Of a DNA stretch of 64,000 nucleotides, positions 29,839 through 39,740 are shown piece after piece. Source of the DNA: Spirochaetota bacterium (lineage in GTDB: Bacteria > Spirochaetota > UBA4802 > UBA5550); NCBI GenBank assembly GCA_963663865.1, contig OY760686.1, forward strand, positions 32,001-96,000. Reading direction: 5' to 3'. Each line of letters begins with the position of its first letter. Positions within the stretch are counted from its first letter, which is position 1. The translations under genes and the position numbers were made by a program. The notes beneath the pieces were generated by a model, which had not been told where the DNA came from, did not search any database, and worked only from the letters and a program-made list of their open reading frames with translations.

Positions 29839-30972
29839 TCAAGAAACATAGCCTACATTTTCCTTTAAGTGTGCTGTTTCAATGAAAATATTATCAACAA
29901 TTTCCCAATATGATCTATTTTCTAAAATAATCTTATAAACCATCATAAGAATCACATACTCGACAGAAGCCCTGGCTATACCAACGCTGAATTCCGATGC
30001 AATTAAAGCATATTTATGCGATAAACTGCTATTTTCGTTCTTGATTACAGACAATACGACAGCAGGAATTACTTGCTTCAGACATGAATCTCTATCTTCG
30101 TTATTTGACCTTTTCTTTTGCCCTGAAGAAAGACCGAAAGTCTCCCCCGCCCAATCCACAAAATCAGAATAATCCTGAAATCTTGTTAAATCTACTCCTA
30201 TTTCCCCTATTATAGCCTCAGCAAAACGCCGATGTATCCCCGGGATGGTACACAGGCGGCATATTTGTTCTTGAACGTTCCTGGTTTTTTTCCTTATTTT
30301 CGTGTTGAGCTTTTTCACAAGGGCGTACAGACTTTCGCATTCCCTGTCATAAAGCTTTAGTATGAATTCCTGATTCTGAACGTAACTTTTTGCTGTCTTT
30401 GTAATTTCTTTGTTTTTTTTCAGTGTTAGAATACTCCCAAGCATACTTTTCATAAATGAGTTTAATTCATATTTATAAAAATATTTGCAGCAGGATTTAT
30501 TGACTATACTGTTGCGCTCTCTTTCCAGGTTAGTTATTTTTCGAATTAGAATTTCACGAGTTCTCGTAAGCTCCCTCAATTCACGAAATGCATTGGACCG
30601 AACATGCTGCTTTTTCAGGAGACCGCATTTCAACAGTTCTGCCAGCCATTCTGTTTCCTGTTTATAGATATTCGGTGGAAGTTTATGCATGCAGCGCTGA
30701 TCTGCTATATGCAAATCGAAATTGACTTGCAGCATTGACAATACAGACATCCAGCTTTCGCCATCGCCCATAATTGCAACATCTACTGTATTTTTTCCCT
30801 TAAGATATTTGATTATATTATTAACACCACCATATGTGCAGTCATCTTTAACAGCAGAAACACGGGTATCGCCATCCTCTGAAACTGTTTTGACTGTGCC
30901 GATGATTCCATTATCAGTGATTATTAAACCGCAGAAGGATCGATATTTAACTTTTAAGTTTGTCTCATTCAT
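29839..30972 (-). CDS. IS110-family recombinase homologue, DEDD residues absent (copy 3)
   Basis: RSFCGLII, EWLAELLKCGLLK, RELRELTRTR, LCTIPGIHRRFAEAIIGEIGVDLTRF...WAG. Confidence 0.82.
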   Translation of the reverse strand: MNETNLKVKYRSFCGLIITDNGIIGTVKTVSEDGDTRVSAVKDDCTYGGVNNIIKYLKGKNTVDVAIMGDGESWMSVLSMLQVNFDLHIADQRCMHKLPPNIYKQETEWLAELLKCGLLKKQHVRSNAFRELRELTRTREILIRKITNLERERNSIVNKSCCKYFYKYELNSFMKSMLGSILTLKKNKEITKTAKSYVQNQEFILKLYDRECESLYALVKKLNTKIRKKTRNVQEQICRLCTIPGIHRRFAEAIIGEIGVDLTRFQDYSDFVDWAGETFGLSSGQKKRSNNEDRDSCLKQVIPAVVLSVIKNENSSLSHKYALIASEFSVGIARASVEYVILMMVYKIILENRSYWEIVDNIFIETAHLKENVGYVS

Positions 30973-31074
30973 GCATTCCAGTTCATCCGATATATTATTT
31001 TTTATTCCTGATGGAAGTACTCCCGCCTACTCCTGGAAGAACACTAAATGATGGTACACATTCGAATTAAACAC

Positions 31075-31102
31075 GTCGTCTCATTTTAGAAAACGATACC
31101 AT
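31075..31102 (-). promoter_or_regulatory. Conserved cassette motif (copy B)
   Basis: GTCGTCTCATTTTAGAAAACGATACCAT (+ strand), about 100 bp upstream of IS110-like copy 3. Confidence 0.65.
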
Positions 31103-31583
31103 GGACTCCTATCAGCTTAAATGTTAAATAATCATCACTGCCAGTTGAACTATTATTCTTCATCTTTCATCACAGGTCACCACTAAAATCATATGTAAAC
31201 TGAAGTTGGGTTGCACTTATTTACAACGAGGCAGAGTAAATGGGATGTACAGGCTCTCATCCCCGGACATCGACATAGCATGATAAAAAATGAGCTTTTA
31301 GATTAAGTCTTTGCGGGACAGTGTTCCATCGATATCGCGACCAGACTCAGGCAAGACTCCACCGGCAGTATCGCACCAGTAGATTGAACAAGGGCAAGAA
31401 AGAGTGTAATATTACATTAGAAATGACAGCGTTTTCCACTGGATACAAAGAAGCTTTCTATGAAATACCGTATGTTGATCAGATATCTTTACGATAAAAG
31501 ACGCACCAATCAGAAGAAAGATTGATCAATTGTTGTAATAGTCTGGAGGATCTTTGCTGGTAATTTAAAGAAGAGTTTAAAAA

Positions 31584-31702
<119 letters not shown>

Positions 31703-31704
31703 TT

Positions 31705-31735
31705 ACATTAAGCACTTACAGATAAAATCTGTCAA
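31705..31735 (-). promoter_or_regulatory. Sigma70-type promoter for 5S rRNA
   Basis: TTGACA at 31735-31730 (minus) with a TAAT-containing -10-like box just before the 5S 5' end. Confidence 0.55.
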
Positions 31736-31772
31736 CGAAATATTTTTAAAAATCAGTTTTGCTGTATTTATT

Positions 31773-32162
31773 TTAATCGGGCCGTTTTTTTAGCGCCCAT
31801 ACATTGCCGGCAATATACACCAGAAGCCCCGTGACAATTATTGCCGTCCATATCGGATGAACAGCGCCTTTTACGGCAAATCCAATAAGCATCAAGATCG
31901 CAAACGGCTTATAGGCTATCTGTATCTTTAAAAGCATCGTTCCGCTTTCAGTGTCAGAAAGCGCTCTCGCGGCAAAAACTGCCATGATGACATAAAGCGG
32001 AACTACCAGGCTAATCACGACAGGATTACCGCCTTCCGGCCATGAGAAAGACGTCCTGAGATCCGGAAAGAACTTCATCACCGCAATAAGTACAGCGAAG
32101 CCTCCCGTAACAAAGATATTGTACCAGTACATCACACGCAGCCTGAAAGCCCTGTCGTTCAT
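31773..32162 (-). CDS. Hypothetical membrane protein
   Basis: Four TM segments; start MNDRAF follows a GGAGG RBS. Confidence 0.7.
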   Translation of the reverse strand: MNDRAFRLRVMYWYNIFVTGGFAVLIAVMKFFPDLRTSFSWPEGGNPVVISLVVPLYVIMAVFAARALSDTESGTMLLKIQIAYKPFAILMLIGFAVKGAVHPIWTAIIVTGLLVYIAGNVWALKKRPD

Positions 32163-32213
32163 AACAACCTCCTCCGATAATATGTCTAACACCCCCGCAA
32201 GGACAGTAGCAGG

Positions 32214-32432
32214 CTATTTCAAAGAATCCTCAATCGTCCCGTCCGGTAGCATCCAATCCGGATGATATTCTCCATTTTCTTCCATTTTATACCTCACGCA
32301 ACACCTAAAATCCCCCATGCAGTATTCTTTAATCCATCTCCCCGCGATCCGGCCCTCTGCATAAAACTGATTCATTGGGCAGACTTTATACCATTTGCAT
32401 TCATTGTTTTTTACGTACGACATCATATTCAA
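32214..32432 (-). CDS. Small Cys-rich hypothetical protein
   Basis: CKWYKVCPM...YCMGDFRCCVRY...HPDWMLPDG pattern, possibly metal or Fe-S binding. Confidence 0.65.
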   Translation of the reverse strand: MNMMSYVKNNECKWYKVCPMNQFYAEGRIAGRWIKEYCMGDFRCCVRYKMEENGEYHPDWMLPDGTIEDSLK

Positions 32433-32741
32433 GACTTTTCGCTAAAACCTTCGAGATTGATACAATTCTTACAACATCAAGTTTATCCTCAATTTCGGCC
32501 TTAATGAGCTCATCATCATCCAATTATAATCCAGCATAAATTGCAATGACTAGATAGCAACCTGCCGCATATATAAATAATTCCGGGGCGTAGAACCTCT
32601 CGTACCAAAATTATCACCATTACCTACAGTATATGGGATATCCGCGTTGGATTCAAGGCATATTCCCATCAAATTATTACCTGTGTCGCACTTCAATATT
32701 GGATTTCAGCACATCCCCCGGAGAATGGAGCAAAAGCATCT

Positions 32742-33881
32742 TTAAATATTCGAGACAACTCTGTCGCGGCCTCCGTTTTTTGCGGCGTATAGATTTTCAT
32801 CCGCGCGGGCTATAAAGTGTTCATAATCTTCCGGATGTTCAGGAACGCCGCTGAAAACCCCGATGCTGACCGTATACGAAATCGGAACTTTTGCCTGGAC
32901 TATCCGTTCTTTAACTGACAGCCTGATTCTCTCGGCTATATCATCAACGCATTGATTTGAGCACATAAGAAGTATACAGAACTCCTCTCCGCCTATTCTG
33001 CCAAAAAGGTCATAGTCCCTCACCAATTCAGATACGAGGCCTGAAAAATCCTGAAGTACCATATCTCCCGCAGCATGTCCATAGCTGTCATTTATGGTCT
33101 TAAAATGATCAAGATCAAGCATCAGAAGCGATACAGACGACTCTGTCCTGACCGCAAGCTTCATCATCGGTAATATACGCTCATAAAAAGCCCTCCGGTT
33201 GAGTACTCCGGTCAGAGGGTCAGTTGAGGCAGCTGATTCCAGCATCCTGTCAGCCTCCTGCTTTAACAGAAGAACCTGTCCGAATCCGCTTGTGTACATC
33301 AGGCCAAAAATAGAATAAAAGGCGAGCGCGTTTACTACGGTGGAAGAAAATATTCCCGCTTCCCCTCCTGAAGCAAAGGCGAAAAAAGACCTCAGAGCCA
33401 GAACAGAACAAAAAAAGGCCAACAGTACCAGAATTGCTCTATGCAGCAAACTCTTCTGCCTGAGCATAAGAATATGCAGGCAGGCTGTTCCATATATTAC
33501 ACAGCCGACAGCGCTTGCCACGGCTACCCTCATGCCGGGGGAATCTCCCAAGACCCAGTAGATTCCCGCTCCAGAGACAGCTAAGAATGATATAACCACA
33601 ATGAAAACGATGTTCCTGCCTGACAGACATATAAAACCAAGCACATCAAGAGCAAACCCGGCGAAAAGAACCACATTCCCCGTATACGCCGACACAACAT
33701 CCGGAATCTGCCCTCGCATCGCGAGCAGAATCCATGCGACAGCCTGAAAAAACCTCCCCAGAAGAAACAGAAAACTCGGGATTTTAGTCTGCCTGCCTCC
33801 GTACCCTACAAGCAGAACAATCGACAGAACATTTCCTATCGATAACAGGTACAAAACTGTTTTAATATCTATTTCAAACAT
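32742..33881 (-). CDS. Membrane diguanylate cyclase (GGDEF)
   Basis: TM region; DPLTGVLNRR, DLDHFKTINDSYGHAAGD, RIGGEEF. Confidence 0.92.
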   Translation of the reverse strand: MFEIDIKTVLYLLSIGNVLSIVLLVGYGGRQTKIPSFLFLLGRFFQAVAWILLAMRGQIPDVVSAYTGNVVLFAGFALDVLGFICLSGRNIVFIVVISFLAVSGAGIYWVLGDSPGMRVAVASAVGCVIYGTACLHILMLRQKSLLHRAILVLLAFFCSVLALRSFFAFASGGEAGIFSSTVVNALAFYSIFGLMYTSGFGQVLLLKQEADRMLESAASTDPLTGVLNRRAFYERILPMMKLAVRTESSVSLLMLDLDHFKTINDSYGHAAGDMVLQDFSGLVSELVRDYDLFGRIGGEEFCILLMCSNQCVDDIAERIRLSVKERIVQAKVPISYTVSIGVFSGVPEHPEDYEHFIARADENLYAAKNGGRDRVVSNI

Positions 33882-34140
33882 AGGCCTCTGATGATGTTTT
33901 CCTCTGGAGTATTAAACAACTGAAAATCAGGCGCGAATTCAAAACATTTGCCTGCATAAATCATATCCAATGGGACTATCAGCAAAATGTCAACACTATC
34001 CCGGCGCTCCCGTCAAATTACATGCTTGACACTTCCCGCCAATGCCTAAGTCTGATTTATAACTGATTCAGACACCGCCGGCATCTGAGGGCGCTGTCTT
34101 TAATAAAACGCATTTTTTTAGAATTACCGGGGATATTCAC

Positions 34141-34404
34141 ATGAAGGACATTACCAACACAAAGGAAATGAACTACCCGACGGAGATTACCTTCAAGGCT
34201 ATATTCAGAAACAGAAGCTGCACCATGGACAGCATAAGAGGCATCCTCGCTGAAGAGGAGCTCTCCGCTGCCGTCACCTCGACACCGAGCAGCGGCGGCA
34301 AGTTTATATCATACACCACTACGGCTGTCTTTGCGTCTGAAGAGAGCCTTCAGAGGGTCTGCGGCAGAATATCGTCTCTCGAAGGATACATGACAATGTT
34401 TTAA
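34141..34404 (+). CDS. DUF493/YbeD-like ACT-fold protein
   Basis: YPTEITFKAIF...SSGGKFISYT pattern; 87 aa. Confidence 0.75.
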   Translation: MKDITNTKEMNYPTEITFKAIFRNRSCTMDSIRGILAEEELSAAVTSTPSSGGKFISYTTTAVFASEESLQRVCGRISSLEGYMTMF

Positions 34405-34665
34405 AAAAAGCTGACAGTCCCGACGGACAAGAACGGGACTGCAGCGTAAAAGGAATTTGAACACATCGAAGTTAGTGACAACTAACCTCTCCTCCCTGTC
34501 AAGTCTTAGTCTGTTTTTTTGCTTTTTTTATGTCACTGCTAAAGGCTGCTGCCGCCAACAAGGCCGGAAATAATAGCTTTTCCCCATATTTTGTGCCAAT
34601 ATTTTCATAACAATTCCGTCATAATAAACATCAGGAACTGATTAAGGCTGAAAGGTAACGGTTGG

Positions 34666-35160
34666 ATGCAGATTAGCGAATTCTTCAAAGCTGAGTACGT
34701 AAAAATGACTTCGTTTGTCAAAAAACGCATCAAGGATAGTGCTCTCAACGACAGTGAGGACATCGTTCAGGAGGTTTTTACGTCACTCTTCGACGCGGCC
34801 GATATTTCAGCTCCGATTGAGAACCTCTCGGCCTACATCTACAGAGCGCTGAGAAACAGGATTACGGATATCCTCAGAAAAAAACCGGAGCCGGACTCCA
34901 TATCCGAAGAGCATGCGGACTCCGGCTTCAGTCCGGAGGGGGAATACTTAACAACGGAGCTTAACGCTGTCATTTACGAGGCAGTTGACTGTCTTCCAGA
35001 AGCGGAACGGGAAGTCTTTGTCCGGACTGTTTTTGACGGGCATTCCTTTCGCGAAATCGCAGAGGAAACCGGGATTCCAATCGGCACGCTTCTGTGGAGG
35101 AAATCCCAGGCTGTGAAGAAAATGAGACAAATGCTTGAAAGGTACGGGCCCTTTGACTAA
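34666..35160 (+). CDS. ECF RNA polymerase sigma factor
   Basis: SEDIVQEVF, AYIYRALRNRITDILRK, LPEAEREVF...SFREIAEETGIPIGTLL. Confidence 0.92.
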   Translation: MQISEFFKAEYVKMTSFVKKRIKDSALNDSEDIVQEVFTSLFDAADISAPIENLSAYIYRALRNRITDILRKKPEPDSISEEHADSGFSPEGEYLTTELNAVIYEAVDCLPEAEREVFVRTVFDGHSFREIAEETGIPIGTLLWRKSQAVKKMRQMLERYGPFD

Positions 35161-35208
35161 GGCGCGGCCGGTTATTACACCAATATTGATTATTCATGGA
35201 GGCAGATT

Positions 35209-35568
35209 ATGTACTTTAAGGAAACAGACTCAATCCCGCTGAGAGCGCTCAAGATTATCGGGGCAACGCTGCTGGGGATCGCGGGCGCGGTTGTTCTCGC
35301 GGGAATCTTCGGCTTCGGCGTTAAATACCTGTGGAACTGGCTGATGCCGGACATCTTCGGGCTGAGGACGATTAACTTTTGGGAGGCTTTCGGCCTTGTG
35401 GTGCTGGCAAGGCTTCTGGTCGGAGGCTGGAGACACCCACACTCAGCGCACACGTCGCCCAGGCGGCACATTCACGAATTTACTCACACGCCCCGCGGGC
35501 GCAGAAAGCCCGAAGGCGTACAGGCTCCTGAGACGGAATATTCCGGCTCTGATGATGTTAACAACTGA
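35209..35568 (+). CDS. Hypothetical membrane protein, candidate partner of the ECF sigma
   Basis: GGAGG RBS; LWNWLMPDIFGL..INFWEAFGLVVLARLL. Confidence 0.75.
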   Translation: MYFKETDSIPLRALKIIGATLLGIAGAVVLAGIFGFGVKYLWNWLMPDIFGLRTINFWEAFGLVVLARLLVGGWRHPHSAHTSPRRHIHEFTHTPRGRRKPEGVQAPETEYSGSDDVNN

Positions 35569-35648
35569 TCATAGAGCCGTAACGTCAGGCCGGGCAAATT
35601 CTCCGGCCTGACCGCCGCCGACCCTGGTATTGAAACATTGTACGGCGT

Positions 35649-36725
35649 TCAGCCCTCGTTCTTTCTCTTGAACTCGCGCATAATCCGCTTCATCTCCCCT
35701 TTGCTTCCGAACATATTCCTGATCTTTTCGTTCTCTATCTGCCGCGCGTTGAGCAGGCCATATGCCGCCTCGCGTGAAAGCTTGAGCCAGCTTTCGAGCC
35801 GTTCAGCGGCAAGAGTGCCCTTCTCCACCGCGTCCCTTACAGAGCAGCCCGGTTCCGTTAGATGTGTGCAGTCCTTGAAGCGGCAGTGCCGGGCAAGCTC
35901 TGCTATGTCAGCAAAGGCGTCCGAGAGATCAGCGTCTGAAAGCCTGAACTCACGCATTCCCGGCGTGTCGAGCACGAGTCCTCCGCCCGGCAGCATCATC
36001 AGCTCACGGCTTGTCGTAGTGTGCCGGCCCTTGCCGTCTCGGCGCGTTCCGTTCACCGCGGCGACATCCTTCCCCGCGAGGCGGTTGATAAGAGTTGACT
36101 TCCCGACACCTGAAGACCCGACAAACGCGCATGTACATCCTTCCCTTATGAATGACATGACCGGCAGAGGTTCTTCCTCTTCCAGGGCCGAAGTGACAAT
36201 CAAGGATACATTCCGAGTGACGGGCTCAAGCTCCCCGAGTTTCTCCTCGACATCATCTACCAGGTCGGCCTTTGTCAGTATAACAACGGGCTTTGCGCCC
36301 GACGCGCAAGCCGCGCTCAGGTAGCGCTCAATCCGCCGTGGATTGAAGTCTTCCGTTAGAGACATGCAGATGAAAATGACATCGATGTTGGCGGCTATCA
36401 GCTGTCTCTGCCCCCCTCCTGCCGATGTCCTGCCAAAGGCGGTCTTGCGCGGCAGTACCGCGTGAATCACACAAAAGCGTGTTTCAGGGTCAGCCGCGCT
36501 ATGCATGACCCAGTCGCCGACAGCGGGGTACTCGGAAGGGCTTTCCGCCATGTGCATGAAACGGCCCGAAACAGAAGCGGTCATTTCGCCTTCTGACGTT
36601 ATAAGGCTGTATATATCGTGATGCTGCCCCGTTATACGAGCGGGATCGAACTCAGGGCAAAGAAGAGCGGCGGCTTTGAAGTAATCATCAAAGCCGTATT
36701 TTGATAAGTCTGTATTCCTGTTCAT
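35649..36725 (-). CDS. rsgA: Ribosome small subunit-dependent GTPase A
   Basis: PAVGDWV, IAANID, TKADL, GSSGVGKSTLIN, GRHTTT, DTPGMRE, CRFKDCTHLTEPGC; ATG 36725 follows GGAGG. Confidence 0.95.
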   Translation of the reverse strand: MNRNTDLSKYGFDDYFKAAALLCPEFDPARITGQHHDIYSLITSEGEMTASVSGRFMHMAESPSEYPAVGDWVMHSAADPETRFCVIHAVLPRKTAFGRTSAGGGQRQLIAANIDVIFICMSLTEDFNPRRIERYLSAACASGAKPVVILTKADLVDDVEEKLGELEPVTRNVSLIVTSALEEEEPLPVMSFIREGCTCAFVGSSGVGKSTLINRLAGKDVAAVNGTRRDGKGRHTTTSRELMMLPGGGLVLDTPGMREFRLSDADLSDAFADIAELARHCRFKDCTHLTEPGCSVRDAVEKGTLAAERLESWLKLSREAAYGLLNARQIENEKIRNMFGSKGEMKRIMREFKRKNEG

Positions 36726-36730
36726 TGTTT

Positions 36731-36835
36731 CCTCCGGTAATATTATCAACGGAATCCGGAGGGGAGAAGTCCGCTATTTCCCCTCCGGGGAAACAACACT
36801 CTCCAAAAATAATTGTGTTTTCAAAAAAACTCCTT
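36731..36835 (-). promoter_or_regulatory. Candidate leader-peptide attenuator upstream of rsgA
   Basis: AAGGAG followed by a TTG uORF at 36824-36774 (MKTQLFLESVVSPEGK*), overlapping hairpin CCGGAGGGGA/TCCCCTCCGG whose 3' arm is also complementary to the rsgA SD region CCGGAGG. Confidence 0.6.
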
Positions 36836-36943
36836 TTTAGACATTATCAGGGGAATTCTTCAGGAAGGCAAGAAGAAATATGAAATATTTCTTCATAAGA
36901 GGGGCAGAGCGCACAGCGCCGGCCCCTTACTATGATGTTTTAA

Positions 36944-37135
36944 TCAATCAACGTTTTCTGTTTTTTTGCTGAAAAAAGTCTCTTTAACAAAGATTACGGC
37001 AAAAACTGCCGAAAGGAAAATGCACACTGCCAACCATGCATTTTTACTGAGATGAAGCGTGCCGTATGACCCGCTGAAATAGACCGAATAAGCTATAAAA
37101 ACAAGACAGAATGCGATTACGCCTGTAGCGCTCAT
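36944..37135 (-). CDS. Small hypothetical membrane protein
   Basis: GAGAGG RBS; two hydrophobic helices. Confidence 0.55.
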   Translation of the reverse strand: MSATGVIAFCLVFIAYSVYFSGSYGTLHLSKNAWLAVCIFLSAVFAVIFVKETFFSKKTENVD

Positions 37136-37208
37136 GTTAACCTCTCAGGTTGATAATGTAAAATTTCCACGCCCATAGAAGCGCGGCGATTAGTTTTTAT
37201 CAACCCGG

Positions 37209-37517
37209 TCAGGTAAAGACTCCTCTGCTCCACACCGGGAACTTTGAGGATAGATGAACTGTTTCAAAAATGTTACCGAAAGTTAAATGACGACTGGACG
37301 GAGACAATTCCCACAATTCAGATAGTGCATGAAATTTCATCTCCAGCCTGATCTTGCCTGAAACACAACCTGAAGATGTTTGAGATTCGCAGATACATGA
37401 AGAGTCCTGCTGCTTTATGGGCTCCGCGCTGACCTGATTCAGGCTGGCCGCGAGCAAATAAGCAGTCACTGCGAAAAGAATCACCGCTGTAAATATTCGT
37501 TTACGATGAATCATCAT
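37209..37517 (-). CDS. Hypothetical secreted protein
   Basis: Signal-peptide-like N-terminus; AGGGG RBS. Confidence 0.45.
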   Translation of the reverse strand: MMIHRKRIFTAVILFAVTAYLLAASLNQVSAEPIKQQDSSCICESQTSSGCVSGKIRLEMKFHALSELWELSPSSRHLTFGNIFETVHLSSKFPVWSRGVFT

Positions 37518-37647
37518 TTACCCCTAAACGGAGTACAGATCGGCGAAGGCTTCCAAAACAGCAAGCATATTTCGTTCAATTTTTGCGGAAAAACCCGGCG
37601 GTATATCCATAATTATTTAAATTTTTGGAACTGACTAAAGTTTTTAG

Positions 37648-37676
37648 TTGACTTTACTTAGACGTCTAACTATTTT
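37648..37676 (+). promoter_or_regulatory. Promoter with palindromic operator TTAGACGTCTAA
   Basis: TTGACT-17 bp-TATTTT with the palindrome (37658-37669) in the spacer, directly before the MarR gene. Confidence 0.7.
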
Positions 37677-37682
37677 GAATTC

Positions 37683-38105
37683 ATGATTTTATTGAAAACA
37701 TTGACAACCATTGCGGCCATACACGAAGCTGCCAATCACTACATAATTCAGGAAATGGAAAAGCGCGGCATCAAAGGCCTTGTTCCTTCACATGGCGCCA
37801 TTTTAAATGCACTTTATTCGAAGGGTTCCATGACAATGAAGGAAATAGCGGAAGCTATAAAGAGGAAACAGTCCACAGTTACTGTCTTAACAGAAAAACT
37901 TGTTCAGAACGGATATGTAAAAAAGGAGAAGGATTCTGAAGACAGCAGGGTATGGAATATCATCCTTACGACAAAAGGTCTGGAGTTTCAGCTCGATTTC
38001 GTGGAGATATCTCAAAACCTTAATAAAAAGATACACGCGGGAATGAGCAATAACGAGATTAATACTCTTACCGCTTTCCTTGAAAAGATTGAATTGAACT
38101 TTTAG
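37683..38105 (+). CDS. MarR-family transcriptional regulator
   Basis: LVPSHGAILNAL...TMKEIAEAIKRKQSTVTVLTEKLVQNGYV...DSRVWNIILTTKG. Confidence 0.92.
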   Translation: MILLKTLTTIAAIHEAANHYIIQEMEKRGIKGLVPSHGAILNALYSKGSMTMKEIAEAIKRKQSTVTVLTEKLVQNGYVKKEKDSEDSRVWNIILTTKGLEFQLDFVEISQNLNKKIHAGMSNNEINTLTAFLEKIELNF

Positions 38106-38109
38106 TTTT

Positions 38110-38149
38110 TCGCGGATATATATTTAGACGTCTAAGTATATATCCGCGA
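38110..38149. promoter_or_regulatory. 40-bp near-perfect palindrome centred on a second TTAGACGTCTAA
   Basis: TCGCGGATATATATTTAGAC|GTCTAAGTATATATCCGCGA, 19/20 pairs complementary. Confidence 0.75.
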
Positions 38150-38202
38150 GACATCTAAACGATACTCAAGAAAATCATGAAGTCAATAGAAAGGAGGACT
38201 CA

Positions 38203-39030
38203 ATGAAAACAACATTAAGGATTGCATCACTACCCCTTATCCTGGGTCTGGCTTTATTTGCCTGTAAAAGCCATGACAAAAAAGAGGCAGTAGTATCTCT
38301 GCTTAAATCCATCGAAACAGGGGACACAAAACCTGTAGCTCTCATTAACCCGGACAAGTATATTCAGCACAATCTCTCTGCAGCTGACGGCCTTGCCGGA
38401 TTTGGAGAACTGCTATCACAGCTGCCTCCCAACTCAGCGAAAGTAAATACTGTCAGGGTGTTTCAGGACGGAGAATATGTATTTGCACACACTGAATATA
38501 ATTTCTTCGGACCGAAAATAGGGTTCGATATTTTCAGGTTTGAAAACGGAAAGATTGTTGAACACTGGGACAATCTTCAGGAAATACAGGGACCAAATCC
38601 CAGCGGCCGTACAATGACAGACGGTCCGGTTAAAGCAAAAGACAGGGATAAAACCGAACAGAATAAGCAATTTGTAAAAGCTTTCGTCAGCGATATTCTC
38701 GTAAACAGCAAAATTGATAAAATATCCCATTATATCGACGCCGATAACTATATCCAGCATAACCCTGTGATCGCGGATGGGCTTTCAGGGCTCGATAAAG
38801 CGCTTAAAGCAATGGCCAAACAGGGCATTATCATGAAATATGAAAAAATCCATAAAGTTCTCGGAGAGAGCAATTTCGTCCTGACCGTAAGCGAGGGCTC
38901 ATTCGGCGGAAAGCATACATCCTTTTATGACCTGTTTCGAGTTGAAAACGGCAAAATTGTTGAACACTGGGACGTAATCGAAACGATTCTGCCGAAAGAG
39001 CAGTGGAAAAACAGCAACGGAAAGTTTTAG
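38203..39030 (+). CDS. Tandem SnoaL/NTF2-like domain lipoprotein
   Basis: Lipobox LFAC; duplicated YIQHN...DG...D[IL]FRxENGKIVEHWD. Confidence 0.88.
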   Translation: MKTTLRIASLPLILGLALFACKSHDKKEAVVSLLKSIETGDTKPVALINPDKYIQHNLSAADGLAGFGELLSQLPPNSAKVNTVRVFQDGEYVFAHTEYNFFGPKIGFDIFRFENGKIVEHWDNLQEIQGPNPSGRTMTDGPVKAKDRDKTEQNKQFVKAFVSDILVNSKIDKISHYIDADNYIQHNPVIADGLSGLDKALKAMAKQGIIMKYEKIHKVLGESNFVLTVSEGSFGGKHTSFYDLFRVENGKIVEHWDVIETILPKEQWKNSNGKF

Positions 39031-39095
39031 TTTCACCTCCTGTGCTCCTATAATAGTGGAGCACAGTTTAAACCTATAATAAATGAGGATATAAA

Positions 39096-39500
39096 ATGAA
39101 TCAAGTACTCAACTTTATCAATAACAGCCCTGTTCAGTATTTTGCCACTGTGGGCCTGGACGAGAAACCAAAGGTAAGACCTTTCCAGTTCATGCTTGAG
39201 GATAATGGTAAACTGTACTTTTGCACCTCAAATCAAAAAAACGTATATCGGGAAATGTCAGCCAATCCCTACGTCGAGATGTGCTGCTCAGGTGAGAACT
39301 TTTCCTGGATGAGATTGAGCGGTAAGGCGGTTTTTTCTAAGGATATTTCACTGAAACAAAAGGTCCTTGAAACAAGCCCTCTGGTAAAGTCAATATATCA
39401 GACCCCCGAAAACCCCGAATTTGAGATATTCTATCTTGAGCAGGCAGTCGCGGTGATATCGGACTTCAGCGGCAATCCTCCGTCAACACACAGGCTATAG
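39096..39500 (+). CDS. Pyridoxamine 5'-phosphate oxidase-like FMN-binding protein
   Basis: FATVGLDEKPKVRPF...LYFCTSNQKNVYREMSANPYVE...WMRLSG. Confidence 0.85.
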   Translation: MNQVLNFINNSPVQYFATVGLDEKPKVRPFQFMLEDNGKLYFCTSNQKNVYREMSANPYVEMCCSGENFSWMRLSGKAVFSKDISLKQKVLETSPLVKSIYQTPENPEFEIFYLEQAVAVISDFSGNPPSTHRL

Positions 39501-39518
39501 CTTAACCTTTTAGCATCG

Positions 39519-39553
39519 GCATTCCGGCTATTCCATGCCGGAATGCGCTTTTT
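39519..39553 (+). terminator. Intrinsic terminator
   Basis: GCATTCCGGC-TATTCCAT-GCCGGAATGC followed by a T-run. Confidence 0.7.
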
Positions 39554-39740
39554 AAAATCCACCGCTTATCAGCCAAAAAAACAGCCCTCCCAATTTGGGC
39601 GGTTAACTTTATAATTTTTTATGGCTTTAACGTATCAACCAGAGCGGCATAAGGCTGATATCCAAAAGTAAAAAATCCTTGCATCAGCTCCCCCTTTTTT
39701 GGTAGAATCAGTCCCTTTCGTTTAACGATGGAGGCAGATT

